From the human T2T-CHM13v2.0 reference genome, Homo sapiens: a stretch of DNA of 64,000 bases. Position 1 is the first letter of the stretch, and each line of letters opens with the position of its first letter. Below, in pieces: positions 1 to 19,378 of the stretch. The notes below the pieces were generated by a model that was not told the origin of the DNA, made no database searches, and saw only the letters and a program-made list of their open reading frames with translations. The position numbers and the translations under genes were made by a program. Location: assembly GCF_009914755.1 (NCBI RefSeq), contig NC_060926.1. The stretch is one strand, 5' to 3'.

Positions 1-2395
1 GTAAATGTGCCACAGTTGATGCATCGGTTTTTAATCAATCCTTCAGTTTTCAACAGGTAACTTACTTCAGACTTCTGGAGTGGCCTGTGCTTCTGCATCT
101 GAAGTATCTCACATTCAAATTACTCACAGACTATACCGTGTTCTCTACCATGTAGAAAATGGGTATTGCTGGTTGACTCCCAATGATATATAGTATCTGG
201 AGATTCTAACTGCACTGTACTCAGATTTTTGACGAGTCTTTCTTTCCAATCCCAGCCTTTTGCCATACTCAATTTCTTCCCGTAAAACTATAGAAGGCTC
301 TCTGACACAATTGGCTTTTAGCTCATTGGCATTCCACACTGCAGTCACTCAGATAATAACTTAGCTTCCTAAATCAGTTTACCACTCTTCTACTTCCCTT
401 TTAGTCTTCAAATTTTGTTGAAATATCAGATCCACTGTGGCCTTTCCTCCAGTTCTCTTTGTCCTTGGGAATATAAACTCTTTTATTATTAAATTGAGAA
501 GATGTAAATATATGAGGTCAACCTCCAATAATTAATTTCTAATTAAGTTTTTAGGGCTATAGCAGAGTATCATATATGCCTGAGCTGTTGATCTTCAGCC
601 TTATTTACTCCTGAAATCTCTGTTTTAATGCTCTAGAGAGCTAAGCTAATCAGGAACAAATAGAAAATGATTTCTACTCTTACGCCTAGACTGAAGCTAG
701 ACTTACGCCGTAGTCCATGCTTTCTTCCCCTGGAAAACATGTTCTCTTTCACTTAGTCTTGTTATGGGAGGACTGTATTCCAATAAAGTAAGCAAATGCA
801 GCTCATTTTTATCAGTTCAGGAACCACAAAGAAGGGAGGAGAAAGATTCTAAAGAGAAGGATGAAGAAAACAGGTGATCAGAAGGAAAAATTTTCATACT
901 TAGCTCAGTTTTAACCCTAAAATATGACAATACACTTTCCCCAATATTTGTCTATCTTTATATTAAATGTATAATGTTAAACACCCTGCTTGTATATAGA
1001 ATTGTAAATTTCACTTAAGCCTCATAGTATAAGGATATTTCTATTAAATCACAAATAGCAATGAAATTATTTAGCTCTTATAATAAATTAATTACAAAAA
1101 TGTATACTAACATCAAAAATGCTTAAGATTTTTTATTGGTGACAGACAGTAAACTGCTGAAGAGTATTTATAGAATGACCTCATTCCTAAAAAGTAAATG
1201 ATATATTCAATAGAAGACAGCGTACCAATAGAAAACTAACTATAAATTAATATGTTTAACTGTTTATAAATTATTCCTTTGAAGAATGGGAATACAGTAG
1301 ATTTTCTGAGTTTTATGCTTCTATGATGTTTTCATCTTCTTACAGTATATGCATATAACTAGTTTAATGATAAAAATGTCATATTAATATAATATATGTC
1401 ATTTGTCTAACCTAATGCCAGGGTTCAAAGAGATTATGAAGAAGAATAAGGTGCTGACCCCAGTGTCATGTAACTTGTATTATCAAGAAAAGATATGCGG
1501 TCACAAACTGCACAATTACAGAAAAAAGTATATGGATAATTGTCAAAATTAGTGGCTTTATTTTAGTTCAATGAGACAAAGTTCAGAGTAGCATAGAAGA
1601 GGAAAATGATTTACCTCAAGATTCATATTAACAGTGAAATTCTCTTTGGATAAGCCAACTAGAATTGTAGAGTATATTAGAGACAGAGGTTATTTGGGCT
1701 ACATGGACTCAAACACTTAGAGAGAAGTTGATATTAGCAAATTATTTTAAACCCTCTTATTCTTAATCTAAAAATATTCAGATTTATGAATGAGGTAGTG
1801 TAGGCATCATGCCCAATTGTGATTTACACAGAAAAAAAGACATGTAAGTAGAGGAGAACTAGCACTTGCCCAAGAAAATATGGAGGGCATCTGAGGACAT
1901 TTTTCCCACCCTCTTTCACTTGTCCCCACTACCACCATCCTGCTTGGGATAGAGTTTAGCCCCTGTAAGTATTTATTTTATTTAAGATACTGGTAAAGGA
2001 TCTGTAAAATGAAACCAAAATTTACTGTGTATTATATGAGTTATATTTTAATTTTTTAAAAAGTCAATTTTTCAGGTTTATGATCTAAGGGCAATTATGA
2101 TTTGGGGAGCTTAGTTTTTTTCAATTTATGGCTATGCAATATCTCAGCATGAGTCTTCTAACTTTTGATCCAATGTTTATGCTCTAGCTTCCAATGTCAT
2201 AATTTTTGTTCAGTTAACAGGTAAGAGAGACAAGGGTAGAGAGTATACCAAACCATAATGAAGCGAAACCAACAACCAAGTCGAGTAGTAGAACTCAACC
2301 TTGACAGCTCATTGAAGGGCATCTCACCGGGACAATTCCATGCTCTACAAGCCCTTTTGGAAACCGATAAAGCGTAATTTCAAAAACACCACAGT

Positions 2396-2430
2396 TGATT
2401 CCAATGTGCAGCCAATGTTGAGTACTGCTG
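2396..2430. mobile_element. Probable MER5-like (hAT-Charlie) terminal fragment
   Basis: TGATTCCAATGTGCAGCCAATGTTGAGTACTGCTG resembles the recalled MER5 end GATTCTGATGTGCAGCCAAGGTTGAGAACCACTG; short match only. Confidence 0.35.
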
Positions 2431-2616
2431 AACTTAGGTGAATGCAGGTCACCAAGAAAAAGATGAAGGTGAATGTAAAGAACAGGAGTTCCCATTGAAG
2501 TAGAACTTGGCAATCTACATGGGAAATTTAAATAGAAAGAATCATAAAGAGGTTTTTAAGAAGATTAAATTAACAGATAAAATATTTTCAAGAACCTGAA
2601 TCAAGAATTTTGATTA

Positions 2617-2868
2617 TATCTATATAATATATAACATATGATATATTTATATATGATATATCATATATAAATATTATATATTTATATTATATACTAATAT
2701 ATATAATATAAATATTAATATATATATTTATTTTTTATTATATATTTATATTATATATTTATATAATATATTTATATATATATATTTATATATATAATAT
2801 ATTATATTATATAGTATATATATATTATATATATTTTATATATACTATATAATATATATAATATATAT
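2617..2868. repeat. AT-rich low-complexity/(TA)n-like tract
   Basis: ~250 bp of almost pure A/T with TATA/TATAA motifs. Confidence 0.95.
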
Positions 2869-2879
2869 GTCAAAAAACA

Positions 2880-3015
2880 TGTATTTTTTTATTTGGTAAA
2901 GATTAGGTTTTTTCCATGTTGCCCAGGGTGGTGTTGAACTCTTGGACTTGAGAGATCTGTTCACCTTGTGCTCTCAAAGTGCTGGGATTACAGGCATGAG
3001 CCATTAAGCCTGGTC
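2880..3015 (-). mobile_element. Alu left monomer (FLAM/AluJ-type fragment)
   Basis: CCATGTTGCCCAGG...CAAAGTGCTGGGATTACAGGCATGAGCC, a diverged single Alu arm on the minus strand. Confidence 0.85.
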
Positions 3016-3900
3016 TATTGAATTTAAAAATTTAATACACAAAGTAGAAGTTTGTTGGTAACTACTAAGAACCAATTAGTCTTCTGGAATTTCTTGTGGA
3101 AGAAATACTTTAATATTCATAACAAAACTGAAAAGATGTGAAAAAATGAGCAAAAGATAGCAACTTGATGTAAATTTACATGAACTGTAACATGGAGCAC
3201 ATAGGCTTTCCATAAAACAGAAAATTAGAGAGACAGATTGACTCAATTAGTAGAGAAAAATATTCATTATATAAATAAGTAATTGAGTCTTCAGACTGGA
3301 GGGCTTCTGTAAGGCCTGGGAAAGACTAAAAGAAAAATGAAATTCAATATCAATATTGAATAACAAAATTAAAATTCAATATTAATATTAATAATTGTCA
3401 ATAGTGAAATTCTTGAATTCCGAGATTAAAGAAAATGATCTTATTAGTAGAGGATAAATATCTTAATAGAGAAAGAAAATTTAACAATAGACTTATCCTT
3501 TAGAAGAAGACTAAAAGTGAAGAGCAACATATAAACTATTCAAAGTAAGGTACAGAGACCCAAAAATCTTCTTTCCAGTTACAATAGTTTCACCTGTCAG
3601 GGAAAAAGAAAGAATTTGTAGTTATGGAAGAATTTAAAGAGGTAGCATCCATACAATTAACATAAGGAAAGTTCTTGAAAAAAATGTTCTAACCAACAAA
3701 TAAAAAATCCTTTTTTTTAAATAAAAAAAGCAGGCAATATGATGAGGGTAACAAGAATTAATATTAGAAAATTATTATAAAACATGTGTATTATTAAATG
3801 TAATGCTGTAAAGAAATGTCAAATATATGTATAGAACTGAAAGTTGAAAAATATATCATCTAAAACCAGAAGTTGAAAAAAATCAAGAGAAGGATGGGAA
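3016..3900 (+). mobile_element. Highly diverged old L1 (L1M/HAL1-like) ORF1-region remnant
   Basis: A-rich strand bias with degenerate ORF1-like motifs (e.g. GAGTCTTCAGACTGGAGGGC); boundaries approximate. Confidence 0.45.
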
Positions 3901-3925
3901 ATATGAATACTCGAATACTCTAAAG

Positions 3926-4150
3926 CAGAGTTGGCAAATGTTTTTCTGTAAACGGCAGGATGGCAAATATTTTGGCTTTGTGGACATGTGGCTTTTGTTA
4001 CAACTGCTTATCTCTGATGTAGTGATACAAACCTAACAAAGGCAGGCATAGACTATATATAAGCACATGGTGATGACTGTACTACAATAAATATTTACAA
4101 ACTCAGGCAGTGGGACAGATTTCATGTATAGGAAGTAATTTGATGACCTC
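3926..4150 (+). mobile_element. MER58A-like hAT-Charlie DNA transposon
   Basis: CAGAGTTGGCAAATGTTTTTCTGTAAA...AAATATTTTTGGCTTTGTGG...ACAATAAATATTTACAAA...CAGGCAGTGGG follows the recalled MER58A consensus over ~220 bp. Confidence 0.8.
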
Positions 4151-4239
4151 TATTTTAAAGGATATACTTATTTGGGGGGAAGCAGATAGGCAACAATATA
4201 AATGCATAAATGAACAGAAAGAAAAAATATGAAAGACAA

Positions 4240-5160
4240 CTTGCAGAATGACAGCATGAGGCTCTCTGTGGATATGCTCCCTAGTGAAGCAATCATAACT
4301 GGAAAAATTAGTATACATATATAAATTTTGTTATAGGTTTATATCTATATACAATATACACATATAAAAGTCTTTGGAAATTTTGTCCTAATTTAGACAG
4401 GAGATAGGAGATAGAGACAGGAGACCTGGCCTCTTCAATTTCTAATTGTAAAGACAGGCGATCTAATGATAGAGTTTGAGAGACCTGGCCTCTTCAATTC
4501 CTGTGTGGTGACCTGGGATTCAATCTGTGAGGTGGAGGGCCTACTAGGAGGACTCCATCTCACTTTGCTGCGTTTTTTTTTTTTTCCCTTTTCGTCCAAA
4601 AATTATGCTCCTCAACCTTCTATGTGTCCGTGAGTCTAGTCTTTCCCAGTCATGTGACAAGAACCCAGTTTTAGCTGAACTAAGGAGAAAGTCCTGCAAC
4701 ACTAAGGGCATATATCAAATGAAGAAACATTTGTTCAAGGAAATCTACTAAATCTTAGAAAGAGGAGTGAGAGTCTGTGGCACTTGAGCCATACCCATTT
4801 TTGCCTCCTACTCTCAGGTCAGTGTGATCAAAGCCCCACTCTGAATGGGTATGGCTAAGAATATTACGCTCCCTTCACCCCCCAGTTCCCAGGCAAAGGC
4901 TGTGGAATCTCCCAGGAAAGGGCAAGACACTGGCATTTCTTATCCCCTCAAGCTCCACGTTCCAAATGAGTGTAGTCTGGAGATTGTGAGCTCCCTCCCT
5001 CTACCTAAGAATAGCGGGGCATTCGTCTCCCTCACCCCAACTCCCCCATAGGGATGTTGCTCCGCACCAGGAGAAGCAAGCCAAAAAGACCAGCACTACT
5101 GCCCTTGCCTAGCACTTGGCTAGTAAAGCATCAGTGTCATCCTAGGAAAAGCAAAATTCT
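4240..5160 (+). mobile_element. Old L1M 5'-region fragment interrupted by an LTR
   Basis: GGAAATTTTGTCCTAA|GGGCATATATCAAATGAAGAAACATTT is contiguous old-L1 5'-type sequence once the LTR at 4392-4701 is removed. Confidence 0.45.
4392..4701 (+). mobile_element. Solo ERV1-class (MER4-group) LTR, 310 bp
   Basis: Ends TTAGCTGAACTAAGGAGAAAGTCCTGCAACA; 4-bp TSD CTAA at 4388-4391 and 4702-4705; internal 20-bp direct repeat GAGACCTGGCCTCTTCAATT at 4421-4440 and 4480-4499. Confidence 0.75.
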
Positions 5161-5974
5161 GTCACTGATGTTTGTTTGATGATTAAGGATTCTCAAAAGT
5201 TTAAACTATAAGCATTCTTCATGATTTAAAATTAAATTGGAAACAAAATTAAAGAAATTTCAGTGTATGTATTCCATATCTTCCTGACATAAAAAAGAAT
5301 AGCTAAGGAAATCCTCCAAAAGCTTGGGAAAAAAAAAACAAAACAAAAACAAAGGCACAACACAGAGGATTAAGAAAACTAGAGTCAGTTCCAAGAGATC
5401 CAAAAATTAATAAAATAAATAATAAGAATGATCACAAAAAAGAAAGTAAACAAATAATTCAAGAAAGGAATTAGAATATCCACCTAGTTGTAGCAGATAC
5501 TAAAGAACTAAAAATGCATATTATGAAAATACTTGTGCCAATAAAATTGAAAATGTAAATGGAATAGCAATATGCTAGAAAAACATAACTTATCAATACT
5601 GAAAAATTAACAAACTAGGCCTAAAAAACATGACTGAACCTCACAAACATAATTCTGAGCAAAAGAAACCAGAAACAAAAATAATGCACACTGTTTAATT
5701 TCAAGTTTGCGTGTTTCAAAAATTCAGCGAAGATAAACTGTGTGTAAAACTCTAAAGGAAAACAAACACGTTTATGTTTGCTTGTTTTACCATAATGATC
5801 AGGCTAATAATTCCCTTTTAAAAGGTAGGCAGGAATGTCATTTCAAGTGACAATGATGAAGGTTTCTCTGGTTCTAACAGATTCTTTTGTGGATTTAGTT
5901 TTCAAGGATGTTATTGTGTTAAAATCTGTACAATTTTTTCCCCAATTTTCACAATTATATTCAATTTAACATTT

Positions 5975-6432
5975 ATCGTGGTACTATTCACAATAGCAAA
6001 GACTTGGAACCAACCCAAATATCCATCAAAAATAGACTGGATAAAGAAAATGTGGCACATATACACCATGAAATACTATGCAGACATAAAACAGGATGAG
6101 GTCATATCCTTTGTAGGGACATGGATGAAACTGAAACCATCATTCTCAGCAAAATACCACAAGGACAGAAAACCAAACACCCCATGTTCTCACTCATAAG
6201 TGGGAGTTGAATGATGAGAACACATAGACACGGATTGGAGGGACATCACACACCGGGGCCTGTTGGGGGGCAGGGGGATGGGGGAGGGATAGCGTTAGGA
6301 GAAATACCTAATGTAAACGATGAGTTAATGGGTGCAGCATACCAACATGGCACATGCATACCTACATAACAAATCTGCATGTTGTGCACATGTACCCTAG
6401 AACTTAAAGTGTAATAATAATAATAATAATAA
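5975..6432 (+). mobile_element. 5'-truncated L1PA (about L1PA6-8) 3' end with (TAA)n tail
   Basis: ORF2 C-terminal peptide [11 protein letters not shown]...; 3'UTR G-tract; ends CCCTAGAACTTAAAGTG(TAA)n. Confidence 0.92.
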
Positions 6433-6684
6433 AATTACAGTGGTTATCTTTATGTGGCAGGATTATAGATGAGCCTTATATTCTTAATTTTCTGCATTAT
6501 TCATATTTTCGGTGAAGAACATGTATTATTTTCATAATCAGTAAAATAATAAAGGTTATTAAAAAACAGTAAAAAAAGGTATTAATGCGTATGATACACC
6601 CTCACTATGGAGTACAATGAGGTTAGAAGGAACAAATTTGAAAAGTCACAGCAGATCTGATTCAAATAAGAGTCCAAAATTCCT

Positions 6685-9950
<3,266 letters not shown>

Positions 9951-10798
9951 GAATTCCTGAGGGTTGTAATTGCCCAAAGTATGTAGTTTAAATAACAGTC
10001 GAATGAATTGAAAGGCATAATCATACAGTTAAATCTAAGGTATATTTATATTAAAAACTTCTTTATAAAAGTAGATAAATATGAGCCTATAATTTAAAAA
10101 TAGCTTTATGATTTGAATGATGATTTTCAAAACATCTAAAACAAAGTAGATTCTGCATCCTGATGTTTTTATCATTTTAAGTGAAATATTTATATGATAG
10201 AAGTCAGCCTATGACTCAAAAGCACTAGCAAACCAATTCCATATTTGTTAAATCTATGAAGATTAAATTTGTAGATTATTGGATTTTCTCTAACACGATT
10301 CAAAAAATTGACATTGTGTTAATTTGTGAATGTTTCACAGGGTTGGAGAATTTTAGAATTTGTTTTTTTAGCTTCAAATCAAAACCAAAAATTTTACATT
10401 GAGGAAGCCATTCTAGAAAGTAAGAATAACCTGACACTCTGTGCATGTGTGATTTTTCCATTTTTAAGTATTTAATAATTTCTTATATTTTATATGCCTT
10501 TACAATATAAATGATTTCTTCAAATAAAATTTAAAGACCACATGAAATTTTTTTTTTCAAAAGTCTCTCAAAAGGTCACTACAGGAGCCTACTACATAGA
10601 ACCTAAAATTTTTAACTATGAATATGTGAGATTGAAGGGAAAGTAAATAAGTTTAAACGTCTTTCAGTGAATGCTCTAACCATGAAATTATGACTGAAGC
10701 GATCATTTAATATTAAAAATATTTTAACAAGGAGCTTTATCACAAAAGTCAAACTCACTCACCAATAAACATAATTTTGAAGTAAAAAAAAGACATCT

Positions 10799-11676
10799 GG
10801 AATAGGAACAGCTCCCGTCTACAGCTCCCAGCGTGAGCGACGCAGAAGACCGTGATTTCTGCATTTCCATCTGAGGTACCAGGTTCATCTCACTAGGGAG
10901 TGCCAGACAGTGGGCGCAGGTCAGTGAGTGCGCGCACCGTGCGCGAGCCGAAGCAGGGCAAGGCATTGCCTCACTTGGGAAGCGCAAGGGGTCAGGGAGT
11001 TCCCTTTCCGAGTCAAAGAAAGGGGTGACAGACAGCACCTGTAAAATCGGGTCACTCCCACCCGAATACTGCGCTTTTCCGACGGGCTTAAAAAATGGCG
11101 CACCATGGGATTATATCCTGCACCTGGCTTGGAGGGTCCTACGCCCACGGAGTCTCGCTGATTGCTAGCACAGCAGTCTGAGATCAAACTGCAAGGCGGC
11201 AGCGAGGCTGGGGGAGGGGCGCCCGACATTGTACGGGCTTGATTAGGTAAACAAAGCAGCTGGGAAGCTCGAACTGGGCGGAGCCCACCACAGCTCAAGG
11301 AGGCCTGCCTGCCTCTGTAGGCTCCACCTCTGGGGGCAGGGCACAGACAAACAAAAAGACAGCAGTAACCTCTGCAGACTTAAATGTCCCTGTCTGACAG
11401 CTTTGAAGACAGCAGTGGTTCTCCCAGCACGCAGCTGGAGATCTGAGAACGGGCAGACTGCCTCCTCAAGTGGGTCCCTGACCCCTGAGCAGCCTAACTG
11501 GGAGACACCCCCCAATAGGGGCACACTGACACCTCACACGGCAGGGTACTCCAACAGACCTGCAGCTGAGGGTCCTGTCTGTTAGAAGGAAAACTAACAA
11601 ACAGAAAGGACATCCACACCAAAAACACATCTGTACATCACCATCATCAAAGACCAAAGTAGATAAAACCACAAAG
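10799..11676. promoter_or_regulatory. L1 5'UTR internal sense promoter and antisense promoter (CpG-rich), YY1 site absent
   Basis: Begins at GGAATAGGAACAGCTCC; the consensus lead GGGGGAGGAGCCAAGATGGCC is missing; many CpGs retained. Confidence 0.75.
10921..11229 (-). CDS. L1 antisense ORF0 homologue, 102 aa, open frame
   Basis: MSGAPPPASLPPCSLISDCCASNQRDSVGVGP... matches primate L1 ORF0; ATG at 11229-11227; expression not shown. Confidence 0.6.
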   Translation of the reverse strand: MSGAPPPASLPPCSLISDCCASNQRDSVGVGPSKPGAGYNPMVRHFLSPSEKRSIRVGVTRFYRCCLSPLSLTRKGNSLTPCASQVRQCLALLRLAHGARTH

Positions 11677-12701
11677 ATGGGGAAAAAACAGAAAAGAAAA
11701 ACTGGAAACTCTAAAAAGCAGAGCAGCTCTCCTCCTCCAAAGGAACGCAGTTCCTCACCAGCAACGGAACAAAGCTGGATGGAGAATGACTTTGACAAGC
11801 TGAGAGAAGAAGGCTTCAGATGATCAAATTACTCTGAGCTACAGGAGGACATTCAAACCAAAGGCGAAGAAGTTGAAAACTTTGAAAAAAATTTAGAAGA
11901 ATGTATAACTAGAATAACCAATACAGAGAAGTGCTTAAAGGAGCTAATGGAGCTGAAAACCAAGGCTCGAGAACTACGTGAAGAATGCAGAAGCCTCAGG
12001 GGCCGATGTGATCAACTGGAAGAAAGGGTATCAGCAATGGAAGATGAAATGAATGAAATGAAGCGAGAAGGGAAGTTTAGAGGAAAAGCAAATAAAAAGA
12101 AATGAGCAAAGCCTCCAAGAAATATGGGACTATGTGAAAAGACCAAATCTACGTCTGATTGGTGTACCTGAAAGTGATGGGGAGAATGGAACCAAGTTGG
12201 AAAACACTCTGCAGGATATTATCCAGGAGAACTTCCCCAATCTAGCAAGGCAGGCCAACATTCAGATTCAGGAAATACAGAGAACACCACAAAGATACTC
12301 CTCGAGAAGAGCAACTCCAAGACACATAATTGTCAGATTCACCAAAGTTGAAATGAAGGAAAAAATGTTAAGGGCAGCCAGAGAGAAAGGTCAGGTTACC
12401 CTCAAAGGGAAGCCCATCAGACTAACAGCTGATCTCTCGGCAGAAACCCTACAAGCCAGAATAGAGTGGGGGCCAATATTCACCATTCTTAAAGAAAAGA
12501 ATTTTCAACCCAGAATTTCATATCTAGCCAAACTAAGCTTCATAAGTGAAGGAGAAATAAAATACTTTACAGACAAGCAAATGCCGAGAGATTTTGTCAC
12601 CACCAGGCCTGCCCTAAAACCTAAAAGAGCTCCTGAAGGAAGCGCTAAACATGGAAAGGAACAACCGGTACCAGCCGCTGCAAAGTCATGCCAAAATGTA
12701 A
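11677..12701 (+). pseudogene. Disrupted L1 ORF1p
   Basis: ATG GGG AAA AAA CAG start; in-frame TGA at 11821-11823 (codon 49, CGA>TGA); indel near 12085-12095; 7-bp duplication CCTAAAA near 12613-12626. Confidence 0.93.
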
Positions 12702-12749
12702 AGACCATCAAGACTAGGAAGAAACTGCATCAACTAATGAGCAAAATAA

Positions 12750-16591
<3,842 letters not shown>

Positions 16592-17126
16592 TGAGATCAC
16601 ATGGACACAGGAAGGGGAATATCACACTCTGGGGACTGTGGCGGGGTGGGGGGAGGGGGGAGGGATAGCATTGGGAGATATACCTAATGCTAGATGACGA
16701 GTTAGTGGGTTCAGTGCACCAGCATGTCACATGTATACATATGTAACTAACCTGCACAATGTGCACATGTACCCTAAAACTTAAAGTATAATAAAAAAAA
16801 AGAAAAAAAAAAGACATCTAAAAATTTACCAAATTATATGACTTAAATGGACAATGTGAACAGCAAAAGCATATCATCAAAAGCAAAATACATTATTTTA
16901 GATTCTAGAGATTCCTCTTGCCATGCTTGTGATGTATTTATACATCATAGGGTGAATACTAAAATGGTAAATTGCCATGAGCTGTTTCAGTACAGTTCAG
17001 CCTTAGAGGCTCTCAGAAGGACCTAATTTTGATTCCATCTCTAAGTAAATGCAGATGTCTACATTTCCTATGATCTTATTCTTTTTTACATTTACAGAAT
17101 TGGAGATTCATCTTCCATTTAAGTAC

Positions 17127-17192
17127 AAAGCAAATTGCTATTTCATATTAAAATACCTAAAGCAAATTGCTATTTAATATTAAAATACCTAA
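17127..17192. repeat. 32-bp tandem duplication (2 copies)
   Basis: AAAGCAAATTGCTATTT(C/A)ATATTAAAATACCT x2 with one mismatch. Confidence 0.9.
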
Positions 17193-17547
17193 TGTACCTA
17201 GACAGGTTTTGTTGTTATGGTGGTGATGGTGGTGGTGTAATGCTGAAAAATTTATACGATGGGAAATTTTTTTTTATTTAAAGTTGGAGGAAAATTTACC
17301 TCATGAAAATATGGTTAAATGAACTTGAATCATGTTTAAGTCAGCAGTCTTTATTCATCGCTTTATTCTAGTCATCATTTGATAGACTAACAAATAGTAG
17401 GCTCTCAATAAAAAAATTTCTCTAATTGAATTTGAATCAATTTGAGGACCTCAGATGAACTGGAACAAAAAGAAAGAGTAAAGTACAAGTAAACTGAAAA
17501 AGAAAATGTTAGTCCAAACTGTCAATTTATTTGCAAAATACCTCACA

Positions 17548-17840
<293 letters not shown>

Positions 17841-18372
17841 TTTCCTAATTTGTCAATTGAATTTTAGCTTTATTACTTGTGACTCTTTAATATTTTTATT
17901 AAATATTAGTTTAATAAATTTGTTAAATGTATAAATTAACAATTTTAAAATATGTTGTTAGTAATACATATTTACTGGAGAAAATTTAGAATTAGTAAAT
18001 AATAAGATAATTGAAAACAATGACCACAAACAAAAGCCCAGGCCCAGATGGCTGCGCTGGTGAATTTTAGCACATACTAAGTTAATAATAATCCCCCTCT
18101 TTCATTTGTAATTTGAATACATTTTCTACTCATTTGCTACAAATTTGGAAAGTTTATTATAATAAAAAAGTATACTCAGCTTCTTTCTGGATTAATACTT
18201 TCTCAATTTTCAATGTGAGTTAATGAAATACTGTTTTACTGTTGACTAATTGATAACAAGTTATGAATAATATTTGTGTAATTATGCATCATATAATTCT
18301 TTTTATATCATAATATTCTTCCCATTGATTTCTAAGTTAAAATTGTTTTAAACTTTCAAACTATGGATGAAC

Positions 18373-18410
18373 ATTATGATCTATTATGATCTATTATGAT
18401 CTATTATGAT
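18373..18410. repeat. (CTATTATGAT)n 10-bp tandem repeat, ~4 copies
   Basis: Direct reading. Confidence 0.9.
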
Positions 18411-18959
18411 ATGATATAGAAACATAAGGGAAACTGACCAGAAATAGATTAAACGAAAGATCTCTGAAACTATTTACTCATCTATTTCTCTGGTCATTTT
18501 TTAATGCATACATAGATATTTGTAGGAAGGACGTAGTACTATGTCATAAGCTGTGTTATCATCAGAGAGGCTTTTTAAAGTCAGCAAATTATTTTTAGCA
18601 TCATACTTTATAGAAACTACATTTGCAATACACTATAATTTATTTCATCAATCTCTTATCACTAAGCATTTATAGTGGTTTAAAAACTTCTTTGATGAAC
18701 ATCTGATAAACATTTATCTGTGGAATTTTATCATAAAAATAAATATCTGAAGATGGAATTGCTGCATCAAGTATATTTAAATTTGATAAATATGACACAT
18801 TACCTTTCAGAAAAAATGGAAGTTACGTTTTTTTCTTAGTGCTCAAAACTCAGAAACAGAAATTATTTTTCTACTACAATTTTGAAGTTAACCCAAACTT
18901 TTTTTTTCTGATGGTAACACACGGTTTCCCTTTTAATTACTAAACCCCAACAGGATGAC

Positions 18960-19378
18960 TGCTATGGTTTGGATGTCGCCTCTAAAATTCATATTGAAAC
19001 TTAATTCCCAATGTGGCAGTGTTGAGAGGTGGGGCCTTTAAGAGGTGATCATGAAAGCTCTGAATGGATTATTCCATTTGTGGCTTAATGGATTAGTGAG
19101 TTAATGAATTAAAAACTTATCATAAGAGGAGAACTGGTAGCTTTAAAGGATGGGGAAGAGAGCCCTGAGCTAGCATGTTAGCACATTCGGCCCCCTTGCC
19201 ATGTGATGCCCTGCACCTGCTCAGAACCCCTTGAGTCTCCACTAGCAAAAAGGTTCTCAGCAGGGTTAGCCCCTCAACCTTGGACTTTGAGCCTCAAAAC
19301 TGTAAAAATACATTTATTTTCTACAGAAATTACCATTTCAGATATTCTATTATAAGCAACAAAAATTGGATTAATACA
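18960..19378 (+). mobile_element. Solo MaLR LTR (MST type, MSTC/MSTD-like)
   Basis: TGCTATGGTTTGGATGT start, ...GGATTAATACA end; 5-bp TSD ATGAC/ATGAT. Confidence 0.88.

Noticed and set aside
145-348. 67-aa ORF in unique sequence at the window start
   Set aside because: Short, non-ATG start, and no recognisable homology.
16805-16840. In-window full-length L1 as the source of the transduced tag at 50746-50771
   Set aside because: Its 3' flank (GACATCTAAAAATTTACC) does not match the tag.
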